A DNA stretch of 63,850 bases, filler included, from Intoshia linei (taxonomy: Eukaryota; Animalia; Orthonectida): NCBI GenBank assembly GCA_001642005.1. It is 8 parts of 8 records of this genome, joined end to end, with 100 filler letters (N's around TTAATTAATTAA, not from the genome) between each part and the next. Parts side by side here need not be neighbours in the genome. Positions count along the whole stretch, not along the records: positions 51,207 to 57,198 come from LWCA01001722.1; positions 57,299 to 62,557 come from LWCA01001803.1; positions 62,658 to 63,850 come from LWCA01002974.1; 5 more parts are not named here. The stretch is one strand, 5' to 3'. A program made the translations under genes and the position numbers. The stretch's first letter is position 1, and each line of letters opens with the position of its first letter. Below the pieces are notes generated by a model. The model saw only the letters and a program-made list of their open reading frames with translations. It did not search any database and was not told the origin of the DNA. Positions 51,873-63,850 of the stretch are shown here, piece by piece.

Positions 51873-53820
51873 TTATATAAGATCAAAATGTTAAATATCA
51901 CCTAACATTCTAAACAAATAATCAGTTCAAATCTATTGTTTGTACCGCCTCTCATTTGCACGCATTCACAAAAATAAAATTTAAATAGCTCGATTTTTTA
52001 CACGTATAAAAACATTTCAAAATTAGATAGCTCCATGTTCACCTACATGTTCAAAAAAAAATACGACACGGGCATGTTAGTACTTTTCCATATTAGAAGA
52101 GAGTGATATATTATTGATTAATTGAGATTAGAACGATTATTTTTTTGCAGTATAGTATAATTAAAACTACAAACTGTAGAATTACTGCTTTAGTGCAAAT
52201 AGTTTTTATTTTCTTTTTGGCAATCTTTAAAATTTTGGCATAAACAATTGGGAATGTGTATCTAAACATTACAATAAAATTAATCAAATCAACATTACTA
52301 AAAATTGATTAAATTGAATTTAGTTTAAATTTAATCAGTATTTATATGCATACACAATTTTATTTATATCAGTTCACAACTCTATAATACAGGAGTTGGC
52401 ACTTTTCATTTTAGTTATTCATTTTTTTCACAAATAAGCAATGTTCATTAGTCACAATTTGAGGTAATAGTATGGCATAATTAACAATCATATTTCTAAA
52501 CCCCATTTTTTAAGATTTAGTAAAAAAATAATTTTATAACATAACATTAACATTACTAAAAAAATTACTTCATTAATAAAGTTAACAATAAAACCTTATA
52601 AATTATAACCAAATTTAATATTAAAAATTGGTTAGATTAACTTAGAATTGGAAAAAAATTGAAATAATTTACGAAGGTATAATTTGTTTCATTTTAACAA
52701 TGTAATTGCAATAAAAACAATTTAATTGGAATTGATACCAATTCTTTTCATAAATTAATTCATTGATGAAAAATATTTTGTACATATTTAATTGATAGAT
52801 TGCATTAAATTATTTCCAATACCTGGAAATCCAATTGGTTGTCTAATTATATAATGTACAAAATATAAAAGTACGCATTAATTAAAGGAAAAGATTTGCA
52901 TTCTTCAGATTGAACATATTCAGTAGCTACAGCTTTAGAAATTGCTTCAAATGCCGACTTTGAATCATTAGCCGTTAGATCCGCATATGTACTACAATTA
53001 TATATATAATTTAATTAATATTCTACCACAGTATTCACTAAAAGGTATCAAATAAAATTTAAACAATTTTTTTGCATGCTAAGGAATTGCATTGCATCAT
53101 CCATCGCATTCATTTTGTGTTAATAATAAACTTTATGTATAGTTTTTGGGGTTAATTATTGGAAATTCAAACATCACCAAAAACCAAAATAAATGAGTTA
53201 GAAATGAATTAAAAAAAAATGGTCCACAAAGCATGGTAAACACATCAAAGGAATGAGCAACATAATTATCCATAGAAACAAAAATAAAGCTGATTAAACA
53301 TAAAATAAAGTTATATTTTAAACGTATCCTAACTTTTTTGTATAAATTTTAATAATTACATTTGAAGGGGTAAACATTAACCGATTTCATTTTTTTGGGT
53401 GAAAAATGCTTAAAATCAAAAAAGGCATCCACCTGCAAAATGGGTTTTCTAACAAATTAAAAGTGGACACTTTAATGTACACATTACAAATGTGATGATT
53501 ATCACCTATTTTAATTATAATAGGTGCATTTGTACAGGTATTACTAAGGCCAAAGAGGCACTACAACTTGTAGATACTTCAAGACTGGTAAAAGCTGACT
53601 TGTCACTTTCTGCCAGTTTACACTTTCATGCCAAAATATTTTATTGGATCTTTTCCTTCAACGCATTGGATATAAATTTTGACATTTGAACGATTCATTT
53701 TTGTAATGTAATTACTCTATACAAAAATTTATAATAAAAAAATTTAATGAAATATTTATACACATGATTATTTATACTACAAATTTTAAAACATACTGAA
53801 TGTTTTATTCACGGTTAAAT

Positions 53821-54987
53821 TCAAGAATGACTACTAGAAGGAGAAGTTCCGTTTTCAATAGCAGTATTTGAAAAGTCAATAACCTGAACATCATTATCAA
53901 AAGAATTATTATTAGATTGAGTAACTTTGCAAGAGATAGAATCATCAATAACGATTTTAAATTTATGATTATCCAACGATTCCGATAGTAAATCCTCAAG
54001 ATATTGAAGTTTAGTAGCAATAATTTTATTAGTCTTTCGTTGATGTTTCAAAGCTGTATTTTTATCATAAAGTGCTTCCAACAAACTGTATGCTAAAGTT
54101 TGCAAATCAGAAACAACTTTTGGAGTAGGGTGGGTAGTACAAGCGCTAAGTAAAAGTCGCTTTACTTCTCTATGAGAAATAATATCATTTATTTTGGGTT
54201 GACCAATTTTTAATATACCACAACTATTATTTTTACGTTTATCAACAAGACATTTATACTTGGAAATTGTTTTTTGAAAATTTTTTTTTTCTTCTTCACT
54301 GCACTTTAATTTATCAGCAAGGTATTTACATTCAACTAAGAGATAATCCACGTCGACAATTAAAGGGCGTGTTTTTGTTACAGGCGTATCCTTTTCAGAG
54401 AGAATATCATTCAATCTAATACTATTAATATAATTATTGAGCCGAGTATATTTTTCCATAATTTCATCATTTTGACTCGTCATTTCATTCAAATCTTCTT
54501 GCAATTGATTCTTTTCAATGCAAATATCATCAAATTTTGCCTTTAATTTCTCATATTTTGGCAATAAATTGTGATAACTATTTTGCTTCATATTTTCATG
54601 CATTTTAGAATTTGATTTTGATTCCATTTCCAATTTTTTTAAATGCAACCTTAAATAAGTGATATCACCATTAGCATCGGTTAAATTTTTTCTCAAAATA
54701 TTAACATCTTCTATATATTGTCCTTCAGATTTTAAACCTTTGTCAATCTTGTCTAATCCAATTTTCATTATTTTTTCATCCATGTAGCAATATCTCTTTT
54801 TTAATTGTTTTAATTTTTCTTGTTCGTTTTTTGATTCAGATTCGTACATGTCTCTATCCTTTTTACAAACTTCCAACTCATTGTACAAAATATCCAACGC
54901 TTCATTCTTACTTTGTAACGTTATTTGGCATATTTGCAATTTTGACTTGAGATTATTATTTTCTTCAATTAAATCATATTCCAACAT
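53821..54987 (-). CDS. CCDC149: Coiled-coil domain protein 149 homolog, single exon
   Basis: LQSKNEALDIL..ELEVCKKDRD, IVDVDYL..ECKYL and SDLQTLAYSLLEALYDKNTALKHQRKTNKII. Confidence 0.85.
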   Translation of the reverse strand: MLEYDLIEENNNLKSKLQICQITLQSKNEALDILYNELEVCKKDRDMYESESKNEQEKLKQLKKRYCYMDEKIMKIGLDKIDKGLKSEGQYIEDVNILRKNLTDANGDITYLRLHLKKLEMESKSNSKMHENMKQNSYHNLLPKYEKLKAKFDDICIEKNQLQEDLNEMTSQNDEIMEKYTRLNNYINSIRLNDILSEKDTPVTKTRPLIVDVDYLLVECKYLADKLKCSEEEKKNFQKTISKYKCLVDKRKNNSCGILKIGQPKINDIISHREVKRLLLSACTTHPTPKVVSDLQTLAYSLLEALYDKNTALKHQRKTNKIIATKLQYLEDLLSESLDNHKFKIVIDDSISCKVTQSNNNSFDNDVQVIDFSNTAIENGTSPSSSHS

Positions 54988-56644
54988 TTAGAACGAGTCC
55001 ATTATATTCAAAATTTCATTAAATAAAATAATCATAATTAGATCATTTCCAAATACATTTCTAGGAGATTCTAGTCTCCTAAACTACATTAAACTTTGGG
55101 AAATCAATATATCAATAAATTTTAGATTCAGTCGCAACAATTCAAAATTAATATTATCATCAGAATCGTGAAATCGATAAAATTTTTATTTAAAAGTTAT
55201 TTTTAACTATATACTCAAAATTACGTTTTCAGCATACAAATTATAAAAAATGAACTAACCATTTTTAAACTTTACATTTTAAGGTCTCACCGTTTAACTT
55301 TTAATATTTAAATCAAAGTTGTCACTTTTTATTGGCTACCACTATCGCACAGCTAAATCTATTCTTTAAATCACATTTCCATTTAAAAAGAAAAATGTGT
55401 TATAGAGTTCAGTTCATTACCCTTTTCACCAGTTTGCAATAAAAAACCTTTGTTCGGTAAGGTAACTCACTTGACGATTATTAACAACTTATTATTAGTA
55501 AATACAACGTAAAAATTAATATTAACTTTGTTCACATTTGAAAATGAAAATTTTCGTAAAAATAAGATTGACAGACTCGACATAACAACGCCAATGCCAA
55601 TGCATTTATTATTATAACTATTAAATATCAATATATAATAGTATATTAATAAGACATAAATATATGTATAATATTATAAACATACTCAATTACGTTATCA
55701 ACTACATCGTACAATAATGTTGATTTAATAGACCCTTTTGAACTAATGAGAAGTTGTTTATCGGTTAGAATATTCAGACACATTTTTTCTAAAATTATAT
55801 ATTGGAAGAATGTAAAATGTATTCTAAATATTTCTCATAATCATAATCATAATCATTTTAAATTGACATTAACTAATCATAGTCCGTCGTTGGCAATTAT
55901 AAATAAAAAACTTTTAGTCGTCTCATTTTTAAAAAATTTAACAAAACACAAAAAATACTAGTAAGTTAAAAATCAGTTGTTTGTCCTAACTCAGAGCTCA
56001 ACAAACTATTTCCGTCGTGGAACTTTTTTCATGCATACAAAAACATTTGACAAAAATACATTCTAATTAAATGATTTGTTTTTTAATTTTTTCACGACAG
56101 ATACACATACTTTCTTTTGACGATATGATTTTGAATTGACTACTCACCATTATTAATTCTCATTAAAAAATTTTTTAAAAATATGAAAATAAAAATTTTC
56201 ATTTCTCATCAATTTCGATAGCAAATTCTTCAAGTACAGTCAGTATTTTTTTATTAAACATTTTGTATTTTGTACAAAATAAAAATAAAAAATTACGTTA
56301 ATTACTTAATCAGAGAGTAGACTATAAATTAAAATAATAACATACTCAACAAATTTTCTAGCATTGATTTATCACATTCGTTTAAAAGTAATTTATTGCA
56401 TTTAGCGGTAAATACATGTTTTATAATTTGTAAAAATTTATAAACCACAAATATTTCACATTTTTCATGCCACGCCTCTATCTTTTTAAAAAATCTAAAT
56501 TAAATTTAGTTTTATTCAATTTCAAAGGTTAACTAAAACCAACCTCGTTCTCACTCAATTTATCAGGATAAATTAAATACAAATACGAAGAAAATAATAA
56601 TTTAAGTACCTTTCCAAAATATCTTATATCAAAAAATAAATCTA

Positions 56645-57198
56645 CAGTGCCCCATATAAGTCTTAGGCACCCCAATTATAATTAATTTAAACACTCCTGA
56701 TTCATTTAAGATATTTTATTATATCATATCTAGTGTATGATCAAGAAAAATATTTAACAACCCTAAAAAAGTAATAAACTATAGACAAATTTAATAATTA
56801 ATGAAATATAGGTATTTTTAATTAAAATTACAAAATCCCGACAGACATAAGTCTTAGGCATCTATAAAATAATACAATTAATTATGTTAATTAAATGAAA
56901 ATATTACATAAATATATATAAAATTACTAATATCTAGTATTCCATCATTTATATTTAATCACTAATACAATTCTTTTAGGCAATAAGGCATACAACCCTT
57001 AAATATTTTTTAGAGGAATGCAGTCCCATTCGTCGTGTATATATCCATAGTTCTTCTAAGTTGACTGGATGTATCTTATAAACCGTATCTTTTAAATTTT
57101 TCACATGTCTTCAATAATGTTTAAATCTGTACTTTGTACGGGTTAATCTTTTAATTTTTTTATACGATTACCCCTTATAAATGGACGGGTTGTCTTTG
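56645..57198 (-). mobile_element. Tc1-like remnant (3' end) with IR/DR terminus
   Basis: TA|CAGTGCCCC end. ATAAGTCTTAGGCA repeated at 56656 and 56848. D*PVQSTDLNIIEDM motif relic. Confidence 0.75.
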
Positions 57199-57773
57199 NN
57201 NNNNNNNNNNNNNNNNNNNNNNNNNNNNNNNNNNNNNNNNNNTTAATTAATTAANNNNNNNNNNNNNNNNNNNNNNNNNNNNNNNNNNNNNNNNNNNNTT
57301 TTGAAAAGAATATCGGTGTAAGACAATTTTTCCATGAGGGCTTGAAATGGTAAATTTTAAATAATATAATATAATCATATTTTCATAGTAATAACAAACA
57401 TAAATTAAATACAGGTATGTCTCAATTTTTTTCGGGAAATCTTGGGAAATCGTAAAAATTGCAGGATATTTAATTCCCGAAAATTATTAAATATCCCGGG
57501 ACTTTTGTCCCAGTTTTTTTCTCAGCACAATTATTAAATGTCAGTGAATATAAATATAAAAAATTTTTTTATCATTACCTATCAAAATAGAATTGTGACC
57601 CGTGATTATCGGGCGCTTATCATGTAGCCATAGGAATAAAAAATATCTCAAAAATGAACCTGTTAATTTTAACTTAAAAATATGAATGTCATATTTAAAA
57701 TATTCGTTTGGCGAGCTCTGTTTGCAAACTTATTATTGTTTATTTAAATTATTTATTTATTATTGATTTTAAG

Positions 57774-59046
57774 AAAAATGATGAAATTCTTCCTGGAGAT
57801 GTTTACTATGAAGATCTTTGTCTAAGAACCGTCAATCAAAGCTTGGGTATATTTAAATTTCTCAACATCTATATACAATATATCAGTCTTTAAACGTCTA
57901 AAAGGAGCACTGTACTCGAAAATTTATAGGGATACTGAAAAAAAATAAAAAATAATTTTAGTTCATTTTTCATTAAATAATTGTCGGAAATCAGTTATAC
58001 ATGTATTAAAAAATATGCACCGTTTTTACTTATACTCGTCAGTTTTCGCTATATAAAACATTAAACACCACTGCACCATAAATAATGTACAATAGACAGG
58101 GCCGTGGAGAGAGGGTTAGGGTCATATGGCCTACAATCATGAGGAGTCTAGTATTTTTATTTATTAATAGATTTTATAAATATTTTAAAAAATTTCAATA
58201 ATTATATTTGGAAGGTGATGTAAATATTAACCGATTTGATTTTTTTTAGATAAATGCCTAAAATCAAAAAGGCATTCAAATGGTTTTTTAATAAAAAAAA
58301 CATAAAAAGTGGACACTGTAATGAATAATTCTTCATCATAATATACATTTTTGATCTAAAAGTTTGGTAAAATGGAATTTGTCTAAAAAATATTGGTAAA
58401 AGTGCATTTATTCCTTTACGGTTTAAAAAATTTTGGTTTTTTTTTAAACGATTTGGATGATTGAATGAAATATGTGAAAAATATATCATTCACCCCAATC
58501 ATCTTAAAATTTTTGTATTCATCTTCTAATAAAATTACTGGTCACCCAAGGAGAATCACTTCCCTAATGTACAAATATGTAAAGCAGTGGTTTCCAAACT
58601 TTTTTGTTAACGGCCCTTTTCAACCACATACATGTATATTCCTCTTCAAAGATTAAAATTCATTAATACTAACAATTATGTAAATTAAACGTAATAAATA
58701 ATTGAATTTACATTATAATTAAACGTTAAATATAAATTATCAAATATGGTCGCTTTTTTTCAAACACACTTAGCTCGTCTACCTATATCGCCCATTTTGG
58801 GAATTATTACTTTATTTTATCACAGGCCGCTCAATTCGACATAAAAATGATTTTGCATCAATAATATTACTGGACATTAGATTTTGTCGCCAAAATATAT
58901 TAGCTAAATTACCTAAATGGATAAAACAGAACATTAAACGTATCACAAATTATTCAGATTTATATACTACTCTCTCTCAGGTATTTTTCCATAAATTTAA
59001 ATTAAAAATGTTTATTTAGTTTTATAAAAGTATGGACAAAACTTGA
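57774..59046 (+). CDS. DDX11: DDX11/ChlR1 Fe-S DNA helicase, last three exons (57774-57846, 58826-58980, 59020-59046)
   Basis: YYEDLCLRTVNQSLG|RSIRHKNDFASIILLDIRF...LAKLPKWI, i.e. helicase motif VI of the XPD family in a Chl1-like context. Confidence 0.85.
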
Positions 59047-59063
59047 ATTTTATAAATTTCACT

Positions 59064-62020
<2,957 letters not shown>

Positions 62021-62099
62021 TCATAAAATCATGCACCAGTGATTGCGAAATCGCAACTCGACCCAGGTTAAAATAAGCGACTCTCACATTTGGTTTTAT

Positions 62100-62557
62100 T
62101 GACCAATATGTTTCGGTTTGTATTGTTGTTGACCAATATAGAAATCTGTCATATGGTACCAAAAAACTTAAAAAAATTAAAAAGTGTGGTTTCGATAACA
62201 TCGAAAAAGCTACTCTTCAATGGCTTCGATCTTTAATCGAACCATTAAAGTTTATAACACTTTTATTTCTTCCACCTAATACAACATGTGTTTTATAGCT
62301 CATGGATATGGGGATTATCAAAAATCTAAAGGATTATTATAGATTAGAATTAATAACAATGATGTCAAAAAATATTTATAGTGCAAACAATATTAATGAT
62401 ATAAACATTTTTGATGCTGTAATGCTGATAAGTAGGGCATGAAAAAGAATAAAAACTGAAACAATTAAAAATTGTTTTAGTAAAGCAAAGATGTTTGACT
62501 TAAAGTATACTAATTTGAACCAGGAAACGGTACTACCTGACATTACAGAATGGCATA
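62100..62557 (+). mobile_element. Decayed Tigger/pogo transposase remnant
   Basis: FLPPNTTCVL*LMDMGIIKNLK and ISRA*KRIKTETIKNCFSKA. Confidence 0.8.
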
Positions 62558-62857
62558 NNNNNNNNNNNNNNNNNNNNNNNNNNNNNNNNNNNNNNNNNNN
62601 NTTAATTAATTAANNNNNNNNNNNNNNNNNNNNNNNNNNNNNNNNNNNNNNNNNNNNATTAATAATAATAAAACAAATTTAAAATAACAGTACTTAAATT
62701 GATGCTTAATTTTCGTTATATATCTAAAAACTATTTAATTAATTAATCAACCAAAAAAAGAAAATTTTATATCATTATATACAGTTTAATTTTATTAAAA
62801 ATTTAAAATAGTTTCATTCAATAAAGGTAAAGGGTAAGAACATTTTATCTAATGCGC

Positions 62858-63430
62858 AAAAACTGAAATATCCGTTCATAAAGTAATATTTTATTGTTGA
62901 CACTATGTAAACATTGGTAATAAAATTAATTTTGTACTCATATTTCATGAATAATAATTTGTTCACAATTGACATATGTACCGCCTTATTTTTTTTGGTA
63001 TGCAAACAATTTAAATTTATCAGTTGATTTTTTTGCATTACGGCAAAGAATAGTAAATTTATGATTGTACTTTTTTGCATGTATACGTGTTGTCTCGTAA
63101 GGGTTAATTGAATCTTCACTTTATAAATAATTCAGTCGAATTCTACCATTATTGCAAAGGATTGTAATATAAAAATGATTGATGTTAAAAATTNAAAACT
63201 GAAATATCCGTTCATAAAGTAATATTTTATTGTTGACACTATGTAAACATTGGTAATAAAATTAATTTTGTACTCATATTTCATGAGTAATAATTCTTTT
63301 ACAATTGACATATGTACCGCCTTATTTTTGTTTATATGCAAAAAATTTAAATTTATCAGTTGATTTTTTTTGCATGCCGGCAAACAATAGTAAATTTATG
63401 ATTATACTTTTTATTGCATGTATACGTGTT
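62858..63430. repeat. Diverged direct duplication of ~235 bp
   Basis: 62858-63090 is similar to 63195-63430. Both give near-identical spurious ORFs. Confidence 0.8.
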
Positions 63431-63850
63431 TTTGTATCTTGAGGGTTAAAAGCATTTTCTCGTATTCTACATTCAAAAAATTGAATTTAACCATTAACTA
63501 ATTAACTAGCCCTAATAATAAGATAATAAATAATACACGTATTGTAATGTTTATTTTACAAAATACATGCAACAAATCTTAGTAATATTAGTCTGAAAGG
63601 TCTTATCATTTAAAAGTAGCTAATTTTTCGATATACACCTTCTGTTTAGCCTACGTTGTGTTAATCTTTGATTAAAGTAGTTTTTCCATGGTAAAAATAC
63701 TAAAAATTTATATATTAATCAAATTTAACATAAATATAGTCTATCACAGGGGTTCCCAAAATTTTTTATATAAAAGTTCATTTATCGAGGACCATTAAAA
63801 CCAAATTACTAGGCAACATTAAAAAAAATTAATAAAAAATGTAATAAATT

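Noticed and set aside
52820-53720. Exon-like segments downstream of CCDC149
   Set aside because: No phase-consistent gene model or recognisable domain on either strand.
62814-63383. Two paralogous small ORFs
   Set aside because: They are by-products of a duplicated AT-rich repeat next to an N, with no protein features.

Overview
This is AT-rich animal (eukaryotic) DNA, not prokaryotic. Eight segments are joined by artificial 100-nt spacers (44 N + TTAATTAATTAA + 44 N). Genes cut by a spacer do not visibly resume on the other side, so adjacency across spacers should not be trusted. Genes have many ~35-45-nt introns plus a few introns inflated by transposons, which suggests a compact parasitic invertebrate such as an orthonectid (inference only). 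Manual splicing gave: a classical aquaporin, M1 aminopeptidase N (5' part missing), a divergent phosphomannomutase, a cGMP-dependent protein kinase (3' part missing), ANKLE1/LEM-3, a TPD52-family gene, MTRES1, strawberry notch (3' part), glycogen synthase (partial), CCDC149, DDX11 (3' end) and CPSF3 (5' exons missing). Introns and intergenic DNA are full of hAT/Buster MITEs, Tc1/Tc3, Tigger/pogo, MULE/foldback, piggyBac-type, Helitron and Gypsy relics. Most notable observations: (1) a Helitron in an aminopeptidase intron carries an inverted ~103-bp copy of that same gene's catalytic-Tyr exon and splice donor; (2) TPD52-ANKLE1-PKG form an operon-like run, with an unpaired splice acceptor just before the ANKLE1 ATG; (3) a foldback element with a 9-bp TSD has arms built from a 30-bp minisatellite that is dispersed across the window; (4) the PKG has a degenerate second cGMP site; (5) two Gypsy relics have apparent LTRs of only 64-76 bp. 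All alignments were done by eye, so exon coordinates may be off by a few bases.
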